From: a virus
Reading direction: 5' to 3' (one strand)
Length of the DNA stretch: 64,000 bases
IMG/VR virus record: IMGVR_UViG_3300012357_000001
Coordinates: 1-64,000 of that record
The notes under the pieces were generated by a model. That model was given only the letters and a program-made list of their open reading frames with translations, was not told the DNA's origin and ran no database searches. Each line of letters begins with the position of its first letter. The first letter of the stretch is position 1. Positions 40,790-49,352 of the stretch are shown here, in pieces. A program made the translations under genes and the position numbers.

Positions 40790-40998
40790 TGATCTTCCCC
40801 GAGTCGCTGTCCGGATGGCTGATCACGGACGAGGGGCACGTGTTCGGCCTGCTGGACGGGCCCTGGGCCGGGTGCAGGGAGCAGACGGTCTTCTGGCCGG
40901 ATGACGAGGCCTGCGACGCCGAGTGCTGCCTACCGGCCGGGCACGATCCGGATGAGTCGCACTATGACCAGATCCTCGGCTGGTGGGAGTCGGTCTGA
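40789..40998 (+). CDS. hypothetical Cys-containing protein
   Basis: M65 of track ORF 40597..40998. TGATG junction. Confidence 0.45.
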   Translation: MIFPESLSGWLITDEGHVFGLLDGPWAGCREQTVFWPDDEACDAECCLPAGHDPDESHYDQILGWWESV

Positions 40999-41043
40999 CG
41001 CACATCGCACACTGATATCAACACACATAGGAGGGGAACAGCC

Positions 41044-41535
41044 GTGAAGCACAAGGCACTGAAGATCGTCATAGGCGCCGCCATCGTCATCGGCGTCATC
41101 GCCGTGGCGTCATCGTCGGCCTCGAACAACACACCGGCCGCATCGAGCTCGGCGACCGCATCCACATCGGCCACGACCGGCCTGCCCACGCTGTATTCGC
41201 AGCCCACCACATCCGCGCCCATCACGCCAGTCACCGTGCCCGCGACGGTGACCTACTCCTGCACGGGGCAGGCGCCGGACGGGGTCGACATCACCTACGG
41301 ACCGGACGGCAGCTCCTACCACGCCTCGAAGCTGCCGTTCAGCAAGACTGCCGCGCTGCCCGCCAGCGCCCTGTACGTGGACACCGAGGCGCAGCTGCAC
41401 GGCAGCGGCGAGGTGACCTGTACCACCACCGTGAACGCTGACGGGACGACGGCCACCAAGTCCGGCACCGCGCAGGGCGGGTACAACCTGGCGCTGGCGG
41501 AGGTCTGCGACATGGGCGGCTGGAGCCCCTGCTGA
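41044..41535 (+). CDS. membrane-anchored secreted protein, MmpS-like pattern
   Basis: RBS aggagggg. N-terminal signal/anchor KIVIGAAIVIGVIAVASS. VTYSCTG...ITYGPDG...LPF...C...C resembles the MmpS fold. Confidence 0.45.
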   Translation: MKHKALKIVIGAAIVIGVIAVASSSASNNTPAASSSATASTSATTGLPTLYSQPTTSAPITPVTVPATVTYSCTGQAPDGVDITYGPDGSSYHASKLPFSKTAALPASALYVDTEAQLHGSGEVTCTTTVNADGTTATKSGTAQGGYNLALAEVCDMGGWSPC

Positions 41536-41633
41536 CGACGTTCCTGGACGTGATCCTGGCCGTCGTGTGCACCGTCGCCGTCGGCCAGGTTTCATTCATC
41601 GTCTGGGCCTTCCGCAACCGGACGTCGCGGGAG

Positions 41634-41666
41634 TACCGTGAAGTGAGGACAAGTTCAGGGAGGAAG
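41634..41666 (+). promoter_or_regulatory. class-2 promoter-plus-leader element (TACCGTGAAGTGAGGACAAGTTCAGGGAGGAAG)
   Basis: 28 of 33 nt identical to 35482-35514 on the - strand. Ends 5 nt before GTG 41672. Confidence 0.5.
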
Positions 41667-41671
41667 TAACC

Positions 41672-42172
41672 GTGAAGGTGAATACACCGCCACCGCTGCC
41701 CAAGCACGAGATCACCGTGCACGAGCGGCTGGACAACCAGGCACAGGCCATCTGCTCCTGCGGCCGGTACAGGTCGGTCATCGGGACGCCGTACCGGGTC
41801 AACAGGCTGGGAGCCAGGCACAGCACGAACCAGATCGAGAAGGCCGCCGCGGCACGCGCTGCCGAGGCCGCGCTCAGGGAGGCCGCAATGGCGCCGATGT
41901 CCCGGCACGACGAGCTGGCACAGCGCTTCGACTCCGACCCGGATGCGGTCGAGTGGGCGCACGCGAAGATCCTGCGGCTGATCGAGCGGGCCGAGGGCTT
42001 CGAGAGGCACTCGAACGACAGCGGCAGCCTGCAGACGGCCGCGCGCTGGCACCTCGTCGCGGCCTTCATGCGCCAGACGCTGATCGGCGGCGAGGGCTGC
42101 GTGGTCGCGGCCTTCGACCCCCGCCTGCCGGAGTGGACCCGGGCAGTGCGCAGGGGCGGTGACACCGGATGA
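41672..42172 (+). CDS. hypothetical protein
   Basis: GTG start preceded by the 22-bp leader TGAGGACAAGTTCAGGGAGGAA. Confidence 0.55.
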   Translation: MKVNTPPPLPKHEITVHERLDNQAQAICSCGRYRSVIGTPYRVNRLGARHSTNQIEKAAAARAAEAALREAAMAPMSRHDELAQRFDSDPDAVEWAHAKILRLIERAEGFERHSNDSGSLQTAARWHLVAAFMRQTLIGGEGCVVAAFDPRLPEWTRAVRRGGDTG

Positions 42173-42558
42173 CGGTCGAGGAGATCAAGCAGGCGCATCT
42201 GGCGTACTGGAAGCACACCGAGTCGTGCTGGCAGGTCGGCAACCCCGGCGACTGCCCGGAGCACCGGAAGCTGTACGACGCCTGGCAGGCCGGACTGTGG
42301 GACTGCTGGGGCGTGTACGTCAACACGGCCTCGATCTACGCGACAGGCCGCGGCAAGGCGTGGTGGAACGACTTCCTGCAGTACCGCAGCACGCACCGCG
42401 TCCTGCAGCTGAACCCGGCCGAATGGCACGTCATGTGCGACAGCGAGGACGACGCGTGGCTGCTCGCCCTGACGATGGAGGAGGCCGGGATCCCGGATCA
42501 GGCGACCAGGGTCAAGAAGTTCTCGCAGTGCCGCCACCTGATGGACGGGAGAGGCTGA
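42169..42558 (+). CDS. hypothetical protein
   Basis: Track ORF with ATGA coupling. Confidence 0.55.
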   Translation: MTVEEIKQAHLAYWKHTESCWQVGNPGDCPEHRKLYDAWQAGLWDCWGVYVNTASIYATGRGKAWWNDFLQYRSTHRVLQLNPAEWHVMCDSEDDAWLLALTMEEAGIPDQATRVKKFSQCRHLMDGRG

Positions 42559-42770
42559 TGGACGCGATCGGCTGGTACATCGCCACCATGCACGCGCTGC
42601 TCGGCCATGACGCGGCATCGGACGCACTCGGACAGGACCGGGGCGACAAGACCAAGTGCGTGATCTGCCGCTACGAGCAGCAGCTCACCGCAGACAGCGA
42701 GCAGGCGGTCAATGAAGCACTCAGGCCGCGCACGGAGGTGCTTCCGGATGTCGGATCTAACCCCTCTTGA
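42558..42770 (+). CDS. hypothetical protein
   Basis: M134 of track ORF 42159..42770. TGATG junction. Confidence 0.45.
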   Translation: MDAIGWYIATMHALLGHDAASDALGQDRGDKTKCVICRYEQQLTADSEQAVNEALRPRTEVLPDVGSNPS

Positions 42771-42966
42771 GCAGGCCAAGGCCTTCCTCGAGATGACCAG
42801 CCCCGCACTGGACGACGCGTGGCTGGCCAAGGTGCACGACCGGGGCGACTCGTGCTCCCTGACCTACGGCGTCCTGCGCGCCCTGGTCGCGCAGATCGAT
42901 CTCGACGCGAAGCGGCTGAAGGACTACGCCGCGTACTGCGCCGAGATGCAGGAGGACGAGACGTGA
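42748..42966 (+). CDS. hypothetical protein
   Basis: M13 of track ORF 42712..42966, with ggaggtg upstream. Confidence 0.45.
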   Translation: MSDLTPLEQAKAFLEMTSPALDDAWLAKVHDRGDSCSLTYGVLRALVAQIDLDAKRLKDYAAYCAEMQEDET

Positions 42967-43223
42967 AGAACATCGACGAGTGGGACGGCTCGGTCCTGAA
43001 TATGCCGGGATGCAACTGCCTGTGCACCATCGCCCACCCCGGCAAGGACATCTGCAATATTGAGGCGCCCCGCGCGCTGTTGACGATGGACGTCTACGGC
43101 ACCCTGCTCGGCAAGGGCACGCGCGAGGTCGTCATGTGCGCGCCGTGCGCCGAGGACGGGATGGCCAGCCACCCGAGGGCGCGCGGCATCGTGGTGCTCG
43201 CGGCCGAGGAGAAGACCCCGTGA
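42963..43223 (+). CDS. hypothetical Cys-rich protein
   Basis: GTGA coupling. Residue 49 onward of track ORF 42819..43223. Confidence 0.45.
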   Translation: MKNIDEWDGSVLNMPGCNCLCTIAHPGKDICNIEAPRALLTMDVYGTLLGKGTREVVMCAPCAEDGMASHPRARGIVVLAAEEKTP

Positions 43224-43384
43224 GGCTCTTCGGCTCGGTGGGCATCGGCCCGTTCCGCTTCGGCCTGAGCGGCCGACCGCGCATCCTGCGCCGCAGGCCG
43301 CGCCCCTACTACATCCACTCCGGATGCCCCATCAGGCACCGTCGGCCGGACACGGCGGACCGCTGCCCCAACGGAAGGATCTGA
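43220..43384 (+). CDS. small basic Cys-containing protein (54 aa)
   Basis: GTGA coupling. Residue 29 onward of track ORF 43136..43384. Confidence 0.35.
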   Translation: MRLFGSVGIGPFRFGLSGRPRILRRRPRPYYIHSGCPIRHRRPDTADRCPNGRI

Positions 43385-43387
43385 CCG

Positions 43388-43750
43388 ATGCCCGCTGAGG
43401 TGCTGTACAAGGGCCCGAAGCCGCTGCCCGGGGAGCGCTGGTGCTTCGCCTGCGCGTACACCTGGAAGGCCGCCGTCAACGAGCGGTTCGCCCTGACCAT
43501 CGATCAGGCCATGAGTGCGCCCGACGGCTCGCCGACCGTGTGGATCGACGCCACGGGCACCGAGGATCTGCCGCCGCTGGCGACCGCCGTCGGCGTCGGG
43601 CTGTTCGGCCCCATGACGCACCTCGGGGTGCTCGAGCTGTGCTGGAGCCACCTGACCGCGATCCGCCTGCAGTCCACCGGCGGCCTGCACCTGCCCGCGC
43701 CCGGCCAGGGCGTGCCCGGCATGAACGGAATGGGAGGGCTGCTCGGATGA
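43388..43750 (+). CDS. hypothetical protein
   Basis: Track ORF. Confidence 0.5.
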   Translation: MPAEVLYKGPKPLPGERWCFACAYTWKAAVNERFALTIDQAMSAPDGSPTVWIDATGTEDLPPLATAVGVGLFGPMTHLGVLELCWSHLTAIRLQSTGGLHLPAPGQGVPGMNGMGGLLG

Positions 43751-44229
43751 CGGCCATGCAGGAGCAGGAGCAGGAGATCCTCGACCTGCTCAACCGGAAC
43801 TGGTCCAGGGGACCGCTCGTCATCGAGGCGGAGACCGCCGTCGAGATCCGCGCGATCATCGCCGACAACCGGGCGCTGCGGCGGCAGGTCGGCACGATGC
43901 GCCATGCGTTCGCCACGCTGTCCCCGGTCATCCAGAACCTGTGGCGCACCGCCGTCATGCACGTGACGCCGGTGCTGGCCCTGATCGGGCCGTACCTGGA
44001 GGCGACCGCGCCGATGGGAGCCGAATGGGACGTCAAGGTCATGGCCGGGTACGAGGAGGACCCCGAGCCCAGGCCGCGCTACGGCGACCGCGGCACGTGC
44101 GCCGTCTGCAGCGGCGAGATCATGTACTTCCAACTGGAAGCAGGTGACGGCGAGGTGCTGAAGACCGGCTGGGATCACACCGGTCACACGGCTGACGGGC
44201 ACGGCGCGCAGCTCGGAGGTCCGGCGTGA
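43747..44229 (+). CDS. hypothetical protein with C-terminal CxxC
   Basis: M103 of track ORF 43441..44229, ATGA coupling. Confidence 0.5.
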   Translation: MTAMQEQEQEILDLLNRNWSRGPLVIEAETAVEIRAIIADNRALRRQVGTMRHAFATLSPVIQNLWRTAVMHVTPVLALIGPYLEATAPMGAEWDVKVMAGYEEDPEPRPRYGDRGTCAVCSGEIMYFQLEAGDGEVLKTGWDHTGHTADGHGAQLGGPA

Positions 44230-44423
44230 AGCTGAACGAGTGGCACAAGGCCGCCGCCTCGAACGGCGGGACCAACTGCGTCGAGGTTATGGAGACCGCG
44301 GACGGCTTCCTGGTGCGGGACACGAAGGACGGCGGCACCGGCCCGACGCTGGCCTTCACCCACGCCGAATGGGCCGCCTTCCTGGCGGGTGTGGGTGAGG
44401 GGGAGTTCGATGACCGGCGCTGA
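44226..44423 (+). CDS. DUF397 domain protein (BldB / WhiJ-associated family)
   Basis: The pattern WHKAAASNGGTNCVEV...GFLVRDTKDGGTGPTLAFTHAEWAAFLAGVGEGEFD is the classic DUF397 pattern. GTGA coupling. Confidence 0.75.
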   Translation: MKLNEWHKAAASNGGTNCVEVMETADGFLVRDTKDGGTGPTLAFTHAEWAAFLAGVGEGEFDDRR

Positions 44424-45063
44424 GTCGGATCACGAGCCCTGGCACGGCACGCTGGGCGGGTACACCAACCACCACTGCCGGGGCGACCAGTGCGTTGCGG
44501 CGCACCGCGAGCACTACACGCGCGTACGCGCCGACCGTATCGCCACCACGCCCTGGGACGAGATCCCGCACGGCACGTACAACGGATACAACAACTACAA
44601 GTGCCGGTGTATCCCGTGCACGGGCGCCATGGCACTGACCCGCAAGACGTGGCCGTCGGTCATCAACAGAGACCGCCGTAAGAATCAGCCGAACAGCAGG
44701 GGACGGAGTTCCGGAATGGCCATCTACGTGGACGACTACCGCGTTGAGGCGCGTGTCGGCGGGCTGCACAGCCGCTGGTCGCACCTGATCGCCGACACAC
44801 CCGAGGAGCTGCACGCCTTCGCCGCGCGCATCGGGCTGCGCTACCAGTGGTTCCAGGACCCCACCGTCAACGGCAAGCCGAAGGCCGAGCCCGGGACGCG
44901 GCTGGCGGAGAACTGGCACTACGACGTCACGGACAGCAAGCGCAAGGAGGCGATCCGGCTCGGCGCGAAGCAGGTCTCCTGGCGCAGGCTGCCGGAGATC
45001 ATCGAGGCGCGGTGGCAGGCCAAGCAGAACGGGACCGCGCCGGTAGCGGGGATGCCGCTATGA
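44410..45063 (+). CDS. DUF4031 domain protein with two N-terminal HGTxxGYxxxxCRxxxC motifs
   Basis: The C-terminal half (MAIYVDDY...WSHLIADTPEELHAFAARIGL...HYDV...AIRLGA) fits DUF4031. The N-terminus has two Cys-rich repeats. Confidence 0.6.
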   Translation: MTGAESDHEPWHGTLGGYTNHHCRGDQCVAAHREHYTRVRADRIATTPWDEIPHGTYNGYNNYKCRCIPCTGAMALTRKTWPSVINRDRRKNQPNSRGRSSGMAIYVDDYRVEARVGGLHSRWSHLIADTPEELHAFAARIGLRYQWFQDPTVNGKPKAEPGTRLAENWHYDVTDSKRKEAIRLGAKQVSWRRLPEIIEARWQAKQNGTAPVAGMPL

Positions 45064-45245
45064 GGTGGGAGAGCGCGCTGCTCGACAAGCGCCCTGCGGA
45101 CACCTCGGGCCTGCGGGGGTGGATCCGGCTGGCCTGGTTCAGGCACCGGCGCCGCACGCTGGAGGCCCAGCTGTTCAGCTACGGGTCGATACACCTGTGG
45201 CACGTCGTGAAGGAGCAGAACAACCGGATGGGAGTGTGGAGATGA
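45060..45245 (+). CDS. hypothetical small protein
   Basis: M72 of track ORF 44847..45245. ATGA coupling at both ends. Confidence 0.4.
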   Translation: MRWESALLDKRPADTSGLRGWIRLAWFRHRRRTLEAQLFSYGSIHLWHVVKEQNNRMGVWR

Positions 45246-45931
45246 GTCGGCAGACGGTCGGCATCGTCGGCCTGGCCGACCTGGTGCGCGAGTTCCACGA
45301 GAAGTTCGGCCTGCCGCTCGCCGACATGCCCTGCCGGATCAGCACGTCCCTGGCCTGGCAGCGCCACCGGATGCTCACGTCCGAGATCAGGGAGCTGCAG
45401 GACGCGGTGGCCGAGGGCGAGCTGCCGGGCATCGCGCACGAGCTCGCCGACTGCGTGTACGTGCTCTACGGCACCGCGCTGACGTACGGCATCGACCTGG
45501 CCGCGGTGCTCGCCGAGGTGCACGCCTCGAACATGACCAAGCTCGGCGACGACGGCAAGCCGATCATCGTGGACGGCAAGGTTCAGAAGGGCCCCCGATA
45601 CCGCAAGCCGGACGTGGCCGGAGTGCTGGCGAGGCAGCAGCCGCGGGTCCCTGAGACAGGCCACGACACCGGGCCGGTGCACCGGCTGACCGTGAGCATG
45701 TCCGCGCTCTCCGAGATCGGCGGCCCGCACGTCCTGTACCAGCTTCAGCACCCGGCCGAGTGCGACCGGCTCCCGTACGGGGAGCGCTGCGCGCTGGACC
45801 ACGGCGAGCGGACGGGCTGGCCGGAGATGACAGGCGAATACATGATCTCGGCGTGGTGGTCGAAGTCCTGGACCGATCTGGGCTGGGAATACGATGCTGG
45901 CGTCGACTGGGACAAGGAGGTAGTACGTTGA
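45242..45931 (+). CDS. MazG-like nucleotide pyrophosphohydrolase with C-terminal extension
   Basis: The segments EFHEKFGLP...LTSEIRELQDAV...AHELADCVYVLYGTALTYGIDL...VHASNMTK fit the all-alpha MazG/HisE-like fold pattern. Confidence 0.55.
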   Translation: MSRQTVGIVGLADLVREFHEKFGLPLADMPCRISTSLAWQRHRMLTSEIRELQDAVAEGELPGIAHELADCVYVLYGTALTYGIDLAAVLAEVHASNMTKLGDDGKPIIVDGKVQKGPRYRKPDVAGVLARQQPRVPETGHDTGPVHRLTVSMSALSEIGGPHVLYQLQHPAECDRLPYGERCALDHGERTGWPEMTGEYMISAWWSKSWTDLGWEYDAGVDWDKEVVR

Positions 45932-46776
45932 CAAGCATTGCGACGCACGCGGCGCCGTCCGTGCGCAGCCCGGGATGGTTCGCCCGGCTGCGGGAGTGGT
46001 GGATGATCCGCAGGGAGCCGGAGCCCGACTGGACGGAGCCCGGACAGCTCCCTGACCTGGATCCGGATCCGGACCCGGTGCCCGAGCAGCGCATGCGCTC
46101 GTCCGCCCCGCCGCTCGGCAGCGGAGGCAGCTGGCCGACGATCCCGCCTCCGCAGCCCCCGCGCCCGCCGGAGCCGGTACACCCGCCGTTCGCTCCGCGT
46201 CCCGCCCAGCACACGCACGTGGCGATCCGGATGCAGCGGATCCTGACCGAGGCGTCGTGGGATCCGGGCCTGACACCGAAGAAGCTGTGGAACGCCATGG
46301 GCCCGCTCGCCGCCGAGCTGCAGGGGCTGGCGGCGCAGCAGGAGGACCAGGAGCGGCGGATGGACCGCAACCAGGAGACCGCGCAGGCTCAGCGGGTGCT
46401 GCTGGAGGACGCGGTGCTGCGCGGCGTGCCGGACGAGGTCGCGGTGGAGCAGGCCACGGCCGGGATCCTCGGGCGCGCGGTGCACGTGGCGGACGAGAAC
46501 CGCACCGGCACCATGCCGAAGATCACCGAGGACACCCCGGATCCGCGCACCGTCGCCGAACCACGGGACGTGAACCCGGGAGACGTCGAGGCGCCGCCGG
46601 AGGAGTCTCCGGTGCACGAGCCGGAGGACCCGATGCCGCTGCCCACGCAGGAGTTCGTGGCCGGTGCCGACCCGGAGCCGGATGTGAAGCAGGATGTGAA
46701 GCCGAAGCCCAAGCCGCGCAGCTCGCCGCGCACGAAACGCGCCGCGCCCGTGCCGCAGGAGGCGGGGAGCACGTGA
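45928..46776 (+). CDS. hypothetical Pro-rich/acidic protein
   Basis: RBS aaggagg at 45914-45920, then TTG 45928 overlapping the upstream stop (TTGA). Alternative ATG about 75 nt downstream. Confidence 0.5.
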   Translation: MTSIATHAAPSVRSPGWFARLREWWMIRREPEPDWTEPGQLPDLDPDPDPVPEQRMRSSAPPLGSGGSWPTIPPPQPPRPPEPVHPPFAPRPAQHTHVAIRMQRILTEASWDPGLTPKKLWNAMGPLAAELQGLAAQQEDQERRMDRNQETAQAQRVLLEDAVLRGVPDEVAVEQATAGILGRAVHVADENRTGTMPKITEDTPDPRTVAEPRDVNPGDVEAPPEESPVHEPEDPMPLPTQEFVAGADPEPDVKQDVKPKPKPRSSPRTKRAAPVPQEAGST

Positions 46777-46868
46777 TCTGGCCGTACATCGTCGTGGGCG
46801 CCGAGTCGATGGCGATGCTGTGGATCGGGTGGGCGCTGCTGAAACCATCCAAGAGCGACGACGATTGA
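46773..46868 (+). CDS. possible 31-aa membrane peptide
   Basis: GTGA coupling, hydrophobic core (IVVGAESMAMLWIGWALL). Very short. Confidence 0.25.
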   Translation: MIWPYIVVGAESMAMLWIGWALLKPSKSDDD

Positions 46869-46883
46869 CCCATCCCACCGGCG

Positions 46884-46918
46884 CGGCCCCGCAGCAATTT
46901 GCGGGGCCGTTCTGTGTT
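46884..46918 (+). terminator. intrinsic terminator
   Basis: 10-bp stem CGGCCCCGCA/TGCGGGGCCG, 6-nt loop, then TTCTGTGTT. 16 nt after stop 46866-46868. Confidence 0.7.
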
Positions 46919-46932
46919 GCGTCCGGGCGTGG

Positions 46933-46953
46933 ACCGGGTATAGTTGTCATCAG
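46933..46953 (+). promoter_or_regulatory. class-1 promoter-like box (ACCGGGTATAGTTGTCATCAG)
   Basis: Identical 21-mer, 24 nt after the terminator hairpin at 46884-46909. Confidence 0.6.
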
Positions 46954-47249
46954 TAGGACACGCCGGGGCCCCTCGGGGCACCAGGAAGCCGAGCGAGTAG
47001 CGCCCGATGAACTCGGGGTCTAGCGAAAAGGGATCTTCGATCCCCTGCTGCGGAGCGACGCAGGTCCAAATCCTGCGCACGGCGCGCAACCGACAAGTCC
47101 GTAGCCAATCGGAGCAGCCGGGCCGCCGTACAAGGACCCAATGGCACGGAGGCGCGCGAGCGCCAAACCACCAGCAACCAGGGGACGTACGGCGGTGCAC
47201 AGCAGATCAGGCGGGCACCACGCCCGCCGACCGTTCAGGGAGGATCACC

Positions 47250-47615
47250 ATGCACCGCAACTTCACCGATGTCTCCGCCGAAGTGGTCGCGCTCGCCGAG
47301 CGCATGTCCGAGCTGTCCGGCCTCATGTACGCCGACGCAGTCCAGACGATGAACCGGCTCCGCGGCGAGCTCTGCCGGATCCGGGGTGTCGCCGAGCAGG
47401 ACATCAGCGCCGACGGCTACGAGATCTCGCAGCGCGCCTACGAGCGCTCGCGCGACCGCTGGATCCAGGAGATCTCGTCCCCGCACGCCGAGGACTGGCA
47501 CTGGGACGGGGCGCACGAGGCGTACGCCTGGTGGATCCAGCTGCGCCCCGATCTGGTCATCCAGGACCGCTGCTGGTTCGCCGCCGTGCCCGCGCTCGCC
47601 GGTTCGGAGGTCTGA
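47250..47615 (+). CDS. hypothetical protein
   Basis: M82 of track ORF 47007..47615, preceded by TTCAGGGAGGA at 47234-47244. The upstream in-frame part has poor GC3. Confidence 0.55.
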   Translation: MHRNFTDVSAEVVALAERMSELSGLMYADAVQTMNRLRGELCRIRGVAEQDISADGYEISQRAYERSRDRWIQEISSPHAEDWHWDGAHEAYAWWIQLRPDLVIQDRCWFAAVPALAGSEV

Positions 47616-47617
47616 CC

Positions 47618-47827
47618 GTGAACGTCTACCGCATCAGCGCGGCCACCAGGACCGACAGCAGGCTGTCGATCGAGTACGCGCCCACCAAGGACGCCGCGGT
47701 GCACCAGGCCGCGGACCGCTGGCTGGACGAGGGCATGCGCATCGTGGAGATCTATCCCGCCGAGTACCTGGGCGTCGTGGAGCAGTACGAGGCGCGGAAC
47801 CCGGGACGGCCGGTGCGGAAGTCATGA
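47618..47827 (+). CDS. hypothetical protein
   Basis: GTG 47618, in frame with track ORF 47141..47827. Confidence 0.45.
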   Translation: MNVYRISAATRTDSRLSIEYAPTKDAAVHQAADRWLDEGMRIVEIYPAEYLGVVEQYEARNPGRPVRKS

Positions 47828-48366
47828 TGGACGACGACAACGCCGTGCACGCCGCCCGCGAGCTGCACGAGGACCGGGTGTCCGAGAACGTCGCCCGGAT
47901 CCAGAAGCGGCTGACCGGCAAGCTGTGGATCCTGTTCCACGCCAAGAGCTACCTGCTCGGCGTGCTGCAGCTGCTGGAGAACGCACACCTCCTGCGCGAC
48001 ACCGTGCAGGAGGAGAAGGACGCCGAGCACCGCAGGCAGATGATGAAGGCCTTCGGCCCGGCCCTCGGCGAGCGGGAGAAGGCCTACCGCAAGCTGGCGT
48101 CGCAGGCCGCGTACTGGTCGGGCATCCCCGGCGTCGTCGAACGGCTGGAGCTGATCGAGAGAGCTCGCGACGCCGACGAGTACATGGCGCTGACCGCCAG
48201 GTTCGAGTCCGACGAGCTGCCCCGGCTGGTCCAGGCCTGGCGCGAGGCGCGCAAGGCCAGCGCCGAGGCCGCGGTGCAACGCGTCGCCAGGCTCCTCGAC
48301 CCCAAGCGCAAGACGGTGTCCATGCAGGCCCTGCGCGACGCGCTCGGCATTAGGGAAGAGGAGTAG
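47824..48366 (+). CDS. hypothetical helical protein
   Basis: ATGA coupling. Last 180 codons of track ORF 47386..48366. Confidence 0.55.
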   Translation: MMDDDNAVHAARELHEDRVSENVARIQKRLTGKLWILFHAKSYLLGVLQLLENAHLLRDTVQEEKDAEHRRQMMKAFGPALGEREKAYRKLASQAAYWSGIPGVVERLELIERARDADEYMALTARFESDELPRLVQAWREARKASAEAAVQRVARLLDPKRKTVSMQALRDALGIREEE

Positions 48367-48369
48367 ATC

Positions 48370-48621
48370 ATGGCCAGCTACACACACGAGCAGCAGCGCG
48401 CCCTACGGAGCCTGGACCTCCCGGCTGACACCAAGGTGCGCGACCGCAACGGGTACCAGTGGCGGCGCGGCGGCGGCACCGGGCGGTTCTGGTACCGGGA
48501 GTTCAAGCTGCAGTCGTACGCCGCCAGCTGGCGCGAGCTCCTCAAGAGTGGACCGCTTGAGCGCTGGGACGCCGAGAACGAGACCTGGTCGGCCATCGAG
48601 CCGGGAGGGGAAGACCGATGA
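48370..48621 (+). CDS. hypothetical protein
   Basis: Track ORF. Confidence 0.5.
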   Translation: MASYTHEQQRALRSLDLPADTKVRDRNGYQWRRGGGTGRFWYREFKLQSYAASWRELLKSGPLERWDAENETWSAIEPGGEDR

Positions 48622-49037
48622 ACCTTCTCAACGTACTCACCCCGGCGCAGCTCGCGGTGCTCCAGGCCGTCGAGGACGCGTCGCACGTCACGCGCCCGGA
48701 ACGGCCGGAGCTGAAGGTCGGTGACACGGTCATCGCCTCGGGCTCCGGTGTCCGTGGACGCACCACGACCGTCACGAAGATCGGCCCCAAGTGGATCACC
48801 ATCGGCCAAGGGACCGCGACATCGCGGTTCGACCGACAGACCTGGCGCGGTGGGCACGGGTACGGCATCGGAGCCTCCATCCGCACTCCGGAGCAGGTCG
48901 CCTACGACCAGCGGATCGCCACAGCTAGGAGTCGGCTGACCAATGCCGGTCTGCGGATCCCTTACTTGGCCGACGTCTCCGACGGCCGACTGCTAGCCGT
49001 CGCCGCGCTACTGGAGCTGTTGGATGAGGAGGTCTGA
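48618..49037 (+). CDS. hypothetical protein
   Basis: Track ORF with ATGA coupling. Confidence 0.5.
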   Translation: MNLLNVLTPAQLAVLQAVEDASHVTRPERPELKVGDTVIASGSGVRGRTTTVTKIGPKWITIGQGTATSRFDRQTWRGGHGYGIGASIRTPEQVAYDQRIATARSRLTNAGLRIPYLADVSDGRLLAVAALLELLDEEV

Positions 49038-49043
49038 CCAGCC

Positions 49044-49352
49044 GTGACATCGAGCGACACAGCACAGGCAGCGGCGCTCTCGCGGGCGCTGCGGAAGGCC
49101 GGATGGAACCCGGTCAGCTCGGACAGTCCGCGCCGGTACGACGCCGGTCTGACCGTGCGGCGCGGCCCGCTGGGCCTCGGCGCCACGGTGTGCCTGAGCT
49201 CGCCGAAGACCCGGGAGCTGGACGGATGGTCCAAGGAGATGGCCGCGGACCTGACGAAGATGGGCTACGTGTTCGAGCGCAGCGAGATGGAGTGCGACAG
49301 CTCCGGATACACCGTGTGGTTCCGCCGGGTGAGGAAGATGATGGTCCTGTGA
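49044..49352 (+). CDS. hypothetical protein
   Basis: Track ORF with GTG start. Confidence 0.5.
   Translation: MTSSDTAQAAALSRALRKAGWNPVSSDSPRRYDAGLTVRRGPLGLGATVCLSSPKTRELDGWSKEMAADLTKMGYVFERSEMECDSSGYTVWFRRVRKMMVL

Noticed and set aside
41550-41669. A 39-aa hydrophobic ORF (GTG 41550; VILAVVCTVAVGQVSFIVWAFRNRTSREYREVRTSSGRK) between the MmpS-like gene and GTG 41672.
   Set aside because: It is too short to support and has no RBS. Its 3' third coincides with the conserved promoter-leader element 41634-41666, which better explains the sequence conservation. Left unannotated.
47029-47076. Possible tRNA in the long leader: the T-arm-like GCAGG-TCCAAAT-CCTGC and an anticodon-arm-like AGGGA-TCTTCGA-TCCC(C).
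   Set aside because: The T loop lacks the conserved TTC (it is TCC). The anticodon stem has a terminal mismatch and C at position 33. There are 13 nt between the arms without a class II context, and no acceptor stem pairing could be found.
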